A stretch of 64,000 nt of DNA from an uncultured Desulfobacterales bacterium. Lineage in GTDB: Bacteria; Desulfobacterota; Desulfobacteria; Desulfobacterales; JAHEIW01. Position 1 is the stretch's first letter. The number at the start of each line of letters is the position of its first letter. The notes under the pieces are model-generated. The model made no database searches. It was not told the origin of the DNA and saw only the letters and a list, made by a program, of their open reading frames with translations. The DNA lies in assembly GCA_947259495.1 (NCBI GenBank), contig CAMYLV010000016.1:44505-108504 (forward strand). Reading direction: 5' to 3'. Shown piece after piece: positions 36,766 through 46,906 of this stretch. The position numbers and the translations under genes were made by a program.

Positions 36766-36781
36766 GTTCACTTCAATGAAC
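36766..36781. promoter_or_regulatory. Dyad operator candidate Op3 (GTTCAC-N4-ATGAAC)
   Basis: Lies about 60 bp upstream of the 36705 start. Confidence 0.5.
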
Positions 36782-36894
36782 GATTAAGATGATTTATACT
36801 ATCAGCTAAAACTGTTTTGTCAAGCAGTATGTTGTTAGATATTAAATTACATGGCTAAAGTATGGAGTTGATTCATATCAATTGACGATAAATC

Positions 36895-36910
36895 GTTCAT
36901 CATAATGAAC
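36895..36910. promoter_or_regulatory. Dyad operator candidate Op4 (GTTCAT-N4-ATGAAC)
   Basis: Perfect dyad in the spacer between the ferredoxin operon and the ABC importer. Confidence 0.55.
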
Positions 36911-37346
36911 TTTATTATTCTAACTGTATCGCCGAGCAATATACATGAATCCACCGCTGCGGGGACCATACCAAATAATAAAACATCAAAGACCAATTGC
37001 CAGTTCTCGGAATAATCAATATCGATCCAACCTGAATATGCCATTGTAAATAATGCTCAGGCATAACAAATTTCTTGACAACCCGCCACGGTTCATATAG
37101 CTACCACAGAGTAGCTATTTCATAGCTATATTGCCTGCACTTAGATGATCTATATAAATGGTTGCCAGGCTAAACTTAATCGCTTATTCAATAACGTTGA
37201 GAAAGGCGATTCTCATCCACAAACCGCTCGGAGCCGCTTGCCACCGTTACCCCGCAGCGGTAAAATCCGCAGCACCGTTTCCAAATAAATGCTTTAACCT
37301 GTTTTCTCCCGTATGCTGGGGGGAAGCCCACAAAAGGAGGCGTCTA

Positions 37347-38627
37347 ATGAAACGTAACGTATTCTTACTCTGTCTTGCGATAGTCGCTGTGTTTGTCTGG
37401 ATGATACCCGGGCCGACTGTCTATGCTGCCGAGCCGATTGTTATCGGCGTCCCCACTTCCATGGGTTTTCTGGAAGGCAAAGAATCTCACAAGGCGGTTC
37501 AAATTGCGGTCAGCGAGATTAACGCCCAGGGCGGTGTCAATGTCGGCGGTACCAAACGGCTTTTAAAGGTCGCCGCAACAGACCTGCGGGATGCCGCTCC
37601 CGGCGTCCCCGTACCGGAAGCATTGCTGGGTCTGGAGAAAATCATCCTGGAAAAGAAACCGACTGCCATTGTCGTGGGGCCATTTCGTTCGGAAGCTTTG
37701 ATCGCAGGCATGGATATCATTGCCAAATACAAGGTGCCGATGCTGGGCACCATTGCGATGAGCCCCGGTTCCGAGAAAAAAATCAAAGGAGATCCGGAAA
37801 AATATAAATATATTTTTAGAACCTGCCTCAATGCGGTGCATCTGGTGAAATATTTGGCCGGCAGCATGGCGCTGATCAATAAGGAATTCGGGTTCAACAA
37901 AGTTTTCGTTATGCATCAAGACGTTGCCTGGGCTAGAGCAACAGCAGGATTTGTCAAAAAAGTGTATTTCGACAAGGCCGGCTGGGAGGTTTTAGGTATG
38001 GAGGCTTATCCAACAGGCACCTCTGATTTTTCATCCGCCCTGATGAAAGCGCGGGCCAAGGGTGCTCAAGTCATTATGCCGATATTTGATATGCCCCAGA
38101 GCGGCATTCTGGTGAAACAATGGAAATCAATGAAAGTGCCCGCTTTGATGGCCGGCTTTATCTCACCCCTGGCCGGATCGGAAGCCTGGAAGACTTTTGA
38201 TGGTAAAATCGGCGGCGCCATGAACAGCATCTTTGAGCTGGGCAGTGCCATTTATTCCCCGAAAGTACCCAAGTCGAAGGAATTTTTTAATAAATATAAA
38301 AGAACGTTTGGCAAACCCGTCCAGGGCGGCCACGGCATTGCGCCCTCCTATGAATCGGTCTATATCCTGGCCGAAGCGATTGAGCGGGCCGGCAGCCTGG
38401 ACCCGGACGCCATTGTAGCGGAACTGAAGAAAACAGACCGCAATGGTGTCATGGGACGTGTTCGATATGACGAGGGCAATCAGGCCGTCTTTGGTACCGA
38501 CCCCGGTGAAACAGCCATCGGCCTGGTTTTTCAGTGGACAGATGACGGGCAGCGCAGGATCGTATTCCCGGCGTCTGTTGCCGAGGCCAAAATCCAGCTG
38601 CCGCCCGGATTAAAGTCTCTGAAATAG
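37347..38627 (+). CDS. ABC transporter substrate-binding protein (Liv/branched-chain-amino-acid type)
   Basis: AAGGAGG-N6-ATG at 37347. Signal peptide ...TVYAAEP. Peripla_BP_6-like pattern. The listed 37158 start is an artefactual extension. Confidence 0.85.
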   Translation: MKRNVFLLCLAIVAVFVWMIPGPTVYAAEPIVIGVPTSMGFLEGKESHKAVQIAVSEINAQGGVNVGGTKRLLKVAATDLRDAAPGVPVPEALLGLEKIILEKKPTAIVVGPFRSEALIAGMDIIAKYKVPMLGTIAMSPGSEKKIKGDPEKYKYIFRTCLNAVHLVKYLAGSMALINKEFGFNKVFVMHQDVAWARATAGFVKKVYFDKAGWEVLGMEAYPTGTSDFSSALMKARAKGAQVIMPIFDMPQSGILVKQWKSMKVPALMAGFISPLAGSEAWKTFDGKIGGAMNSIFELGSAIYSPKVPKSKEFFNKYKRTFGKPVQGGHGIAPSYESVYILAEAIERAGSLDPDAIVAELKKTDRNGVMGRVRYDEGNQAVFGTDPGETAIGLVFQWTDDGQRRIVFPASVAEAKIQLPPGLKSLK

Positions 38628-38810
38628 GCGCTCGGGGTCCGCAAAATTAACGTGTCCATGTTCGATTAGCTTAAAGCGGAAGATTGATATATTCATACCG
38701 CTTAGCAGGGTAATGTTGCGGGTCATCGACCACCCGTTCACCTGTACCAAACCGCAGCAGAAATAGAGGTTTAAACAGGTTACCATAATAAAACTGGAGA
38801 AAACGATTTA

Positions 38811-39683
38811 ATGTTCATCGGCACCGTGCTTTACGCTGTGGTAAACAGCGTTATTTTAGCGTTGTTGGCGATCGGTTTCAATTTAACTTTCGGCATCAGC
38901 GGTGTGGCGAATTTTGCCTACGGGGCCCTGTATATCATGTCCGCCTACCTGAGCTGGATGCTCTTGAATCTTTTGGAGCTCCCGTTTCTACTCGCAGCTG
39001 TCATATCCATCCTCATTACCACTCTGTGCGGGGCACTGATGTACCGTTTCGTATTGCTGCGTGTGCGGGGTCAGGCGCTTTCCGAAGTGATCGCAACCTT
39101 TGGCATTGGTCTGGCCATACTGGAGTTGTTCCGATACCTGGGCTTTGTGGGATTTGAGTACACCCTGCCCGTGCTTATCGACCATAGCTTTGTTATTTTC
39201 GGCGCCTATATTGACATGCAACGCATTTTAATCGTTATTGTCGGTGCGGTGCTGGTCATTTTCCTATGGCTTTTTACCCACCATACGTCTATCGGACTCG
39301 CTTTCAGAGGGATTGCCCAGGATGAACGCACGGCCCTTAGCCTGGGCATCAATTCAGATCGAATCGCAACTTTAAGCGTCTCCTTTGGTGCCGGTCTGGC
39401 CGCCATCGCAGCCACCATTATCATCCCGCTTGGAAGCATATCCCCAAGCGAAGGATACGATGTACTGATCAAAGCGCTTGCGGTGTGCATTATCGGCGGC
39501 CTGGGCAGCACCGGCGGTGTTATTGTTGCCAGTTTTGTCATCGGTTTTGCCGAACGCTTTACAGACAGTTATATCAGCTCGCACTGGACGATGATTGTCA
39601 GCCTGGCGGCGATACTGATCGTGCTGACCATTAAACCTTCCGGTCTCTTCGGCAAACAAAAAGAGCTGGAAGAGCGAATTTAA
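38811..39683 (+). CDS. ABC permease, LivH-like
   Basis: Polytopic membrane protein with the LivH pattern (GISGVANFAYGALYIM...). Confidence 0.85.
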   Translation: MFIGTVLYAVVNSVILALLAIGFNLTFGISGVANFAYGALYIMSAYLSWMLLNLLELPFLLAAVISILITTLCGALMYRFVLLRVRGQALSEVIATFGIGLAILELFRYLGFVGFEYTLPVLIDHSFVIFGAYIDMQRILIVIVGAVLVIFLWLFTHHTSIGLAFRGIAQDERTALSLGINSDRIATLSVSFGAGLAAIAATIIIPLGSISPSEGYDVLIKALAVCIIGGLGSTGGVIVASFVIGFAERFTDSYISSHWTMIVSLAAILIVLTIKPSGLFGKQKELEERI

Positions 39684-39687
39684 AAAA

Positions 39688-40737
39688 GTGAAATCGGATT
39701 TCGGAATGCGGAATGCGCAGCTAAACTCAACCGATTCTAAACACCGGCGCAAAGAACGCATCGATCGCGGCATCAAAGCCCGCTCCAGCGATATCTTTGC
39801 CCTGTCGTCCTGGCGTGAGATGCTCTATCTGGCGGCACCCAGATGTATACCCATCGTCGGGTGCCTGATGCTGCCGCTGGTGCTCGGTATTTACTGGCAA
39901 AAGGTCTTGCTCAGTGTGGCGGTTTTTGCGCTGTTGGCCATCAGCTGGGATATCTTGGAGCAAAGCGGCATGATATCGCTGGGACAGGCACTTTTTTTCG
40001 GCATGGGCGCTTACACGGCCGGCGTTTTCAATCACTATTTCGGCTGGCCACCATTTTTAACCATCCCCTTTGCTTCCATTTTAGGTGGGTTGATCTCTAC
40101 CGTCATTCTGCTTCCGGTGCTGCGGCTGAGAGGCATTTACTTTTCCATGGTGACCCTGATCATCCCGCTGATGCTGGTACGGATTGTCGAAGCCACCAGG
40201 ATCTTTGGGGGCACCGAAGGGTTGAGTGGCATTACGCCCCTGCCCTCAAAATGGCTCGAACTCTATCTGATTGTCGGCGCCCTGTTGGGGGCCCTCTTTG
40301 GCTTCCGCCGGATGATGGGATCAGATTACGGTCTGGTCTTAAAGGCCATCAGAGACAATGATCGATCGGTCATGAATGCGGGCATCAATGTATATTGGTT
40401 TAAGGCGCAGGCACTGTTTATTGCCAGTGCAATCGGGGCTTTTGCAGGCGCCTTTATGACCCACGTCTATATGTTCGTCGGTATGCCGGTCTTTGCGCTG
40501 GATTATTCCATCCTGCCCATTGCGGCTGCGGTGGTGGGCGGACCCGGCACACTGGCGGGTGCCACCCTGGGCGCTTTTATTCTGGTTCCGCTGTCAGAAA
40601 TCTTGCGTGGCATCGGTGGGCTGCGCATCGTAATCTACGGACTGTTTCTGGTGGTGTTTATCGTTGCCCTGCCGGAAGGCATCTTCCACTATATTCAGCG
40701 CAAATATCACCAGTTTGAACGCTGGGTGGAGGTGTAG
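39688..40737 (+). CDS. ABC permease, LivM-like (start uncertain)
   Basis: The GTG is 4 nt after the livH stop. LivM-like core (SLGQALFFGMGAYTAG). Confidence 0.8.
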   Translation: MKSDFGMRNAQLNSTDSKHRRKERIDRGIKARSSDIFALSSWREMLYLAAPRCIPIVGCLMLPLVLGIYWQKVLLSVAVFALLAISWDILEQSGMISLGQALFFGMGAYTAGVFNHYFGWPPFLTIPFASILGGLISTVILLPVLRLRGIYFSMVTLIIPLMLVRIVEATRIFGGTEGLSGITPLPSKWLELYLIVGALLGALFGFRRMMGSDYGLVLKAIRDNDRSVMNAGINVYWFKAQALFIASAIGAFAGAFMTHVYMFVGMPVFALDYSILPIAAAVVGGPGTLAGATLGAFILVPLSEILRGIGGLRIVIYGLFLVVFIVALPEGIFHYIQRKYHQFERWVEV

Positions 40738-40739
40738 GC

Positions 40740-41492
40740 ATGCACCCGTCTCCGCTGCTCAAGGTCGCCGGCCTTTATAAAAACTTCGGAGGGGTCCAGG
40801 CCATTCATGACTTGAGCTTTGACCTGGCCCGGGGAGAGCTATTGGGCCTGATCGGCCCCAACGGCTCGGGAAAAACGACGGCCGTGAATCTGATCACCGG
40901 TTTTGTCAAACCCACCGAAGGCAATATTATTTACAACGGACAGAATATCAGTGGGTTGCCGCCCTACAAAATTATCCGAATGGGGATCGCGCGCACCTTC
41001 CAGATGGTCAAGCCTTTCTATCAGTTGCCGGCTTATAAAAACATGATTATTCCGCTGTATTCACCGCGGGTCAAAAAAAGGGTCGGCGGGAAATATGGTG
41101 ACCGCGACGCGGTGGCCCTGGATCTTCTGGAAGAAGTCGGCTTTGAACGCGATGCCTTCGTGGCCTACAAAAGCGCCAGTGTGTTGCCCCAGGGCTACCT
41201 CAAACGCCTGGAACTGGCCAAAGCCATCGCCCTGCAGCCGGATTTGATTATTCTGGATGAACTGTTTTCGGGCTTGAGCCTGGCTGAAGTGGCCAGTATC
41301 GTGCCGATCATTGAAAAATTGCGCCTGGAAGGCAAAACCATTATTATGATCGAGCATCGCTTAAAGGAGCTTTTTAGAATCGCTGACCGCATCATCGTTT
41401 TAAATTACGGTGAAAAAATCGCGGAGGGGTTTTCAAACGAAGTGATGGAGAGCGATGCCGTCAAGAAAGCATATCTAGGAGCAGAAGCTTAA
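40740..41492 (+). CDS. ABC ATPase, LivG-like
   Basis: Walker A GPNGSGKTT, signature LSGL-type region, Walker B ILDE. Confidence 0.85.
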   Translation: MHPSPLLKVAGLYKNFGGVQAIHDLSFDLARGELLGLIGPNGSGKTTAVNLITGFVKPTEGNIIYNGQNISGLPPYKIIRMGIARTFQMVKPFYQLPAYKNMIIPLYSPRVKKRVGGKYGDRDAVALDLLEEVGFERDAFVAYKSASVLPQGYLKRLELAKAIALQPDLIILDELFSGLSLAEVASIVPIIEKLRLEGKTIIMIEHRLKELFRIADRIIVLNYGEKIAEGFSNEVMESDAVKKAYLGAEA

Positions 41493-41512
41493 TTTTCATT
41501 TAAAAATGGCCC

Positions 41513-41611
41513 TTTTTCCGATGAGCTGCGTTCTCCGCGGGTTTCAGCCCTCGACGTACTCTAAGTACGCCTCAAGCTGAAACCCTTGTGCGGCCTTGCT
41601 CATCGAAAAAA
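41513..41611. repeat. Nested palindrome inserted between the two ABC ATPase genes
   Basis: Outer arms TTTTTCCGATGAGC and GCTCATCGAAAAAA (13 of 14). Inner perfect 10-bp arms GGGTTTCAGC and GCTGAAACCC (41539-41548, 41576-41585). Core GTACT-CTA-AGTAC. Confidence 0.6.
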
Positions 41612-41736
41612 TTGCTCATTTCCATATTGAAAATCAACTATTGCTGTGCTTTGGGAAAACCATTCTCGGATGGGCGAAAATAATTAGGCAGCTGAAAATC
41701 GTATTTCTTTTGTTCCAGCGGATTAAGGATTTGAAA

Positions 41737-42483
41737 ATGTTGGAAGTTCAAAATTTGATGGTTTTTTTTGAGAACGCCCTGGCCATCAATGACTTAAACA
41801 TAGAAGTCGATGAAGGTGAAATAGTGGGTGTCATCGGCTCAAACAGTGCCGGAAAAACCACCCTGATGAATGCACTCTCCGGCCTGATCATCGACATGCG
41901 TATCAAAGAAAAGCGCAGAGGCGGCGAACGCATCACCGTTTACGGAAATATCCTCTTTAACGGTCAAGACATCACTGAAACGCGCCCCGATGACCGGGTC
42001 AAAATGGGCATTGTGCTTTGCCGTGAACGACACCCCATTTTCCCTGAAAGCAGCGTGCTGGAAAATTTAAAGATCGCCGGATACTTGAAAAAGCGGCCGG
42101 AGGTACTTGACTCCATTAAATATGTTTTTGACCTTTTTCCGGCTCTGCCCAAATTAAAAACCCGCAAAGCCGGATTTTTAAGCGGCGGGGAGCAGCAAAT
42201 GCTGGCCATCGGTATGGCGTTGATCGTGCGTCCGAAGCTTTTGTTGCTGGATGAGCCGCTCCTCGGGTTGAGCCCCATGATGCAACAGGTGGTCGTGGAC
42301 GCGGTTGCGCATCTTAAAAAAAGGACCGGGATCACGGTGGTCATCAGTGAACAGTTTGCCCGGCCGGTTTTGCCGATGATCGACAAAGGCTATATCGTCG
42401 AAAACGGGATGCTGACCTTATCGGGCACCGGCCAGGAGCTAATGGACAACCCTGAAATTAAATCCGCATATTTTGGAATCTGA
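41737..42483 (+). CDS. ABC ATPase, LivF-like
   Basis: Walker A GSNSAGKTT, LSGGEQQ, LLLDEP. The ATG at 41737 follows AAGGA. Confidence 0.85.
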   Translation: MLEVQNLMVFFENALAINDLNIEVDEGEIVGVIGSNSAGKTTLMNALSGLIIDMRIKEKRRGGERITVYGNILFNGQDITETRPDDRVKMGIVLCRERHPIFPESSVLENLKIAGYLKKRPEVLDSIKYVFDLFPALPKLKTRKAGFLSGGEQQMLAIGMALIVRPKLLLLDEPLLGLSPMMQQVVVDAVAHLKKRTGITVVISEQFARPVLPMIDKGYIVENGMLTLSGTGQELMDNPEIKSAYFGI

Positions 42484-42492
42484 CACTTGCCA

Positions 42493-44139
42493 ATGGACCC
42501 CAAAACAACCCGCAATATTTATGCAACTTTTGCCGAAACCGCCGATCAAAGAAAAAGCCGTACGGCTGTCGTGTACCTGGGCACGCGGTTTTCCTACGAA
42601 CAGGTAAAAGAGATGGCGGAGCGGTTTGCCGGCGCCCTCAGCCATGCCGGTCTACGAGCCGGACAGAAAATTATCATTTACGTTCCCAACAGTATCCAGT
42701 GGGTGGTGGCCTGGCTGGGCATTCAAAAAATGGGGGGCGTCTGCGTGCCCATCACGCCGATCTATACCCCCCATGACCTCAAATACATCGCCAACGACAG
42801 CGGGGCCGAGGCCATTGTCTGCGCCGACACCAATTTTGGCTACGTCACCAGCGTGCTGTCAGAAACGCAGCTTAAAAAAGTAATCGTCACCAAAATGGCC
42901 GATCTGCTGCCCTGGTGGAAACGGGGATTCGGCTGGCTGTTTGATATCATCCCCCGGGGGAAAACTGCGCTGGACCAAAACACCTACTCCTTTCGCAAGT
43001 TACTGGCTCAACACCGCCAGTCAGCACGCGGGCAGCCGGCTGATGGACCGGACGGCAATGACATTGCTGAAATTCTGTACACGGGGGGCACCACCAAATT
43101 CCCCAAAGGGGTCCCCTTCACCCACAACCTGTTCCTGGTATCAGCCCGTGAACAGATCACCATCAGTCAATCCCTGTTTCCGCCTGAAAAAAATGTGATT
43201 CTGGGAAATGCACCCCTGTTTCACATTCTGGGACAGACCTGCGGCCTGGCGACCCTTTTAGTGGGCGGAACTTTGATTTTGCAGCCCAAAATCAACCTGG
43301 ATGCGGCCCTGGATGCTATGCAGCGGTTTAAGGCCAGAACCATGATCGGGGTACCCACCCTGTACCGCATGATTTTAGAGCATGTTCGCCTCGGACAATA
43401 TGACCTGAGCTCGGTCGATTACTGGTTTAGCGCCGGCGACCTGCTGCCGATTGAAATCGGCAAGCGCTGGGAGAAAAAATTCGGTCGCAAAATTCTTCAG
43501 GGGTACGGGGCGACCGAAACCTGCGGCGGGGTTTCCATGTGCCCGGTGGATATCGACATCCCGCCCAAAAGCGTCGGTCGCATTATGGCAACCAAAAAAA
43601 TAAAAATCGTGGACCCGGCAACCCTTGAACCGGTCAACGTCGGAGATCCTGGTGAGTTGCTGGTTTCCTCTGATCATATGGTAACCTATTACTTGAATAA
43701 ACCCGAAGAAACCACTGAATCATTTATAGAAATAGACGATATAAAATGGTATCGCACCGCCGACGTCATGTCCATGGATGCAGACGGCAACCTGTATTTT
43801 GTAGACCGCACGGTCGACACCATCAAACACAAGGGCTATCGGGTATCGGCTTCTGAAATCGAATCCGTCCTTCAGGAACATCCGGCGGTCATCGGCGCCT
43901 GCGTGGTTGGCGTGCCAGATGAAAAAGTCGGCGAGCGCATCAAAGCCTATGTGGTGCTCAAAGAAGATATAAAAGGTATCACCGGCTATGAGTTGATCAA
44001 ATGGTGCCGCGAAAGCCTGGTCGCGTACAAAGTGCCCCAGTATATTGAATTCCGGGACATGCTTCCCAAGTCCAAGGTCGGCAAACTGCTCAGGCGTGAA
44101 ATCCGGGATGAGGAACAGCGCAGGAAAGAAACCCGTTAA
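42493..44139 (+). CDS. AMP-dependent acyl/aryl-CoA ligase
   Basis: YTGGTTKFPKG, GYGATE, and a C-terminal GKLLRRE-type motif. It directly follows the importer genes. Confidence 0.85.
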   Translation: MDPKTTRNIYATFAETADQRKSRTAVVYLGTRFSYEQVKEMAERFAGALSHAGLRAGQKIIIYVPNSIQWVVAWLGIQKMGGVCVPITPIYTPHDLKYIANDSGAEAIVCADTNFGYVTSVLSETQLKKVIVTKMADLLPWWKRGFGWLFDIIPRGKTALDQNTYSFRKLLAQHRQSARGQPADGPDGNDIAEILYTGGTTKFPKGVPFTHNLFLVSAREQITISQSLFPPEKNVILGNAPLFHILGQTCGLATLLVGGTLILQPKINLDAALDAMQRFKARTMIGVPTLYRMILEHVRLGQYDLSSVDYWFSAGDLLPIEIGKRWEKKFGRKILQGYGATETCGGVSMCPVDIDIPPKSVGRIMATKKIKIVDPATLEPVNVGDPGELLVSSDHMVTYYLNKPEETTESFIEIDDIKWYRTADVMSMDADGNLYFVDRTVDTIKHKGYRVSASEIESVLQEHPAVIGACVVGVPDEKVGERIKAYVVLKEDIKGITGYELIKWCRESLVAYKVPQYIEFRDMLPKSKVGKLLRREIRDEEQRRKETR

Positions 44140-44163
44140 GCTTGGCCGGGAATCGGCCAAGCT
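44139..44163 (+). terminator. Terminator-like hairpin overlapping the ligase stop
   Basis: AGCTTGGCC-N7-GGCCAAGCT (9-bp stem). The T-tract after it is weak. Confidence 0.4.
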
Positions 44164-44370
44164 GTTATTGGTTACCGGTTATTCGTTATTGGTTAAATTC
44201 AGCTTTCCCTGAGATAAACTGATTTGCATCGACAAAATCTACAGATGACATGAACGTTTCAAATGAAGTACCGAATCAACAACCGACCGATTAAGATATA
44301 TCCATAATAAAGTCATTATTCCGCTTTTCTGTGTCTCTATTCAAAAATTTGATCTAACAAAGTATTCTTG

Positions 44371-44414
44371 TTGACAGCGACTGCGTCCTTGTTATATTCT
44401 TTTTATGGAATATA
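44371..44414 (+). promoter_or_regulatory. Sigma70-like promoter with overlapping dyad upstream of arsR
   Basis: TTGACA (44371-44376), 16 nt, TATATT (44393-44398). Perfect dyad TATATTC-N8-GAATATA (44393-44414). Confidence 0.5.
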
Positions 44415-44424
44415 TGGAGGCGCT

Positions 44425-44769
44425 ATGAAAAATTTTATTAAGGTGATGAAAGCCCTGTCTGATCCGAATCGGGTTAAGATATTAAAACTGTTGCAGCAGA
44501 AAACCATGTGTGTGTGTGAATTGCAGGGTGCGCTGCAGATATCACAGCCAAGTGTTTCAAAAGCGCTTAAAATGCTGGAAGAAGCAGGCCTGGTAGACTA
44601 CAAAAAAGAAGGACTGTGGGTAAATTATTATCTGGCGGATGGCAAGACCAGCCCTTATGCAGCCAGTCTTTTGGGCAATCTCAAACATTGGCTGGATGAT
44701 GATCCGGAAGTGTCAGGACTCATTAAAAAAGTACCCTTTTTAAACCGCGCCGAACTGTGCAATCTATAG
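44425..44769 (+). CDS. arsR: ArsR/SmtB-family metalloregulator
   Basis: ALSDPNRVKILKLLQQKTMCVCELQGALQISQPSVSKALKMLEEAGLV. Confidence 0.85.
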   Translation: MKNFIKVMKALSDPNRVKILKLLQQKTMCVCELQGALQISQPSVSKALKMLEEAGLVDYKKEGLWVNYYLADGKTSPYAASLLGNLKHWLDDDPEVSGLIKKVPFLNRAELCNL

Positions 44770-44878
44770 TTTTCATAATATGCTTAAATAGGTATATAGC
44801 ATCTTGTTAACTGAACCTTGCATGAAAATCAACGAGAAAAGGTTTTTTATAAATTCAGGCATAAGGAACAGAAACGGA

Positions 44879-46264
44879 ATGCAAAATGCTACTGTTATGG
44901 ATGAAGGCCGAGCGAGTGCTGCGGCAGTTGGAGAACATACCAAGGCGCCACCCCCCAGTCAGGTGGACTGGAGGAGTATCTGGAAGCCGCTGGGTATTAT
45001 CATCGGCGGGTTTCTGTTATTCTTCTGGCTACCGGTCGCCAACAGTCGATTTAGCGGCGCGCTGATTGAATCTTTGGCTCTGGCGAAGTGGTATGCTCAG
45101 GAGCATGTGATACTTTGCCTGGTCCCGGCATTTTTTATTGCAGGCGCAATTGCCTGTTTCGTATCTCAGGCGGCTGTCATTAAATACTTAGGCGTCGGGG
45201 CCAAGAAAACTCTCGCCTACGGGGTGGCCTCGGTGTCCGGCACCATATTAGCGGTCTGCTCCTGCACCGTGCTCCCTCTTTTTGCAGGCATCTGGAAGCG
45301 AGGAGCCGGATTGGGACCTGCGACCGCTTTTCTATACTCCGGTCCTGCGATAAATGTGCTGGCAATTGTGCTTACCGCCCGCGTTCTCGGGGTAACCCTC
45401 GGAATGGCCAGGGCCGTGGGGGCGGTGATCTTCAGCATTGTTATCGGCCTTCTCATGCATCTTTTATTCAGGAAAGAGGAACAAGCAAAGGCCGAGTCCC
45501 CTGTTTATATGCCCGAGCCGGAGGTGCAACGACCCCTGTGGCAGAATGTGATTTATTTTGCGACGATGGTGAGTATCCTTGTTTTTGGGACCTGGGGCAA
45601 GCCGGCGCAACCCTTAGGTCTGTGGCATAGCATTTACAGCATCAAGTGGATGATAACCGGCGGGTTTGCGACGCTACTGGCGATAATGCTCGTCGCCTGG
45701 TTCAAGGTTAAAGCATATAAATTGGTCCCGGCAGTAGCAGCGGTTTTGGTCCCGGCGCTGCTCTTTCCTCATGAACCGCTCATCGCCTATTCCGGTGGAA
45801 TCATCGCGCTGGTGGCGCTGCTTACGACCACCAGAGGCGAAACCGAAAACTGGTTTCTTGCAACCTGGGACTTTACCAAACAGATCATACCGCTGCTGTT
45901 TGCCGGTGTTTTGGTCGCCGGTATGCTGTTGGGACGACCCGGATCAGAGGGTCTCATCTCATCTCATTGGGTGAACAGCTTGGTCGGAGGCAACTCCCTG
46001 TGGGCCAACCTGTTTGCCTCTGTAGCCGGTGCATTTATGTATTTTGCCACGCTTACGGAGATCCCGATTCTGCAGGGTCTTCTTGGCGCCGGTATGGGCA
46101 AGGGTCCGGCTTTGGCCCTTTTACTGGCGGGTCCCGCCCTCAGCCTGCCGAATATGATCGTCATTAGAAGTGTTTTAGGGACGACAAAGACCATCACCTT
46201 TGTCAGCCTGGTGGTCGTAATGGCCACGATCAGCGGCATGATCTTCGGCCGTTTTTTTGTCTGA
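44879..46264 (+). CDS. Polytopic permease (DUF318/ArsP-like family)
   Basis: About 10 TM segments. CSCTVLP motif. The arsR / thioredoxin-like neighbourhood is typical of this family. Confidence 0.65.
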   Translation: MQNATVMDEGRASAAAVGEHTKAPPPSQVDWRSIWKPLGIIIGGFLLFFWLPVANSRFSGALIESLALAKWYAQEHVILCLVPAFFIAGAIACFVSQAAVIKYLGVGAKKTLAYGVASVSGTILAVCSCTVLPLFAGIWKRGAGLGPATAFLYSGPAINVLAIVLTARVLGVTLGMARAVGAVIFSIVIGLLMHLLFRKEEQAKAESPVYMPEPEVQRPLWQNVIYFATMVSILVFGTWGKPAQPLGLWHSIYSIKWMITGGFATLLAIMLVAWFKVKAYKLVPAVAAVLVPALLFPHEPLIAYSGGIIALVALLTTTRGETENWFLATWDFTKQIIPLLFAGVLVAGMLLGRPGSEGLISSHWVNSLVGGNSLWANLFASVAGAFMYFATLTEIPILQGLLGAGMGKGPALALLLAGPALSLPNMIVIRSVLGTTKTITFVSLVVVMATISGMIFGRFFV

Positions 46265-46369
46265 TCGATCGGTCCCGGCACGCGGGAATTACCCCTAAAG
46301 ATCGCTTAACCGGAAATATGAAAAGATGGCCCGGTAACAATCCGTGGCTGAACAGAAAATTAAATAATC

Positions 46370-46876
46370 ATGACAAAAGATGAAATCACCCAGATAAAAG
46401 TCGGAAATCACCGTATGGGCATTATTGGATTGCAGCATGTTCTGGAGGAAGTTGCCCAGGATTTTGCCGGCAGGCCGAATGATGAGGTGACTGCTGAACT
46501 GATTCGGCGGTTGTGCAAATTGAATTACATACCAGAGAACAGCCAAAAAGATTACGGCCATGCTTTTTTACGGGAACTTAAAAAATTTAGCGGGCAACCT
46601 TATGAAAAAAGCAACATGGAAGGCCTGGAAATCAAGGTCCTAGGCAGCGGTTGTCCCTGTTGCGACGACCTGGAACAGGATCTGATGGCGGTGATGACCG
46701 AAATGAATCTTGCAGCCGACATTGAGCATGTGACCGATCCCGCTGAAATCGGTAATTACGAAGTAACGGGCACCCCTGCGCTGGTCATCAACGGCGTGGT
46801 CAAAGCCGTCGGCTCGATGCCCAAAAAAGCTCAGCTCAGGACATTGCTGAGCGCTGCTGCTGCAAATCATCAATAA
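46370..46876 (+). CDS. Thioredoxin-fold 'redox-active disulfide protein 2'-like domain fused to an unknown N-terminal domain
   Basis: The C-terminal half reads KVLGSGCPCCDDL...TGTPALVINGVV. Confidence 0.7.
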   Translation: MTKDEITQIKVGNHRMGIIGLQHVLEEVAQDFAGRPNDEVTAELIRRLCKLNYIPENSQKDYGHAFLRELKKFSGQPYEKSNMEGLEIKVLGSGCPCCDDLEQDLMAVMTEMNLAADIEHVTDPAEIGNYEVTGTPALVINGVVKAVGSMPKKAQLRTLLSAAAANHQ

Positions 46877-46906
46877 TGCGAAAAATATAGTTAACGAGAT
46901 ATTCTC

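Noticed and set aside
37158-37346. 63-codon N-terminal extension of the substrate-binding protein (and similar long starts at 1917, 17545, 31793, 36771, 41596, 44368, 55142)
   Set aside because: In each case an internal ATG/GTG is preceded by a strong Shine-Dalgarno sequence and starts a sensible N-terminus (a signal peptide or a conserved first motif). The extensions cross intergenic repeats or operators.
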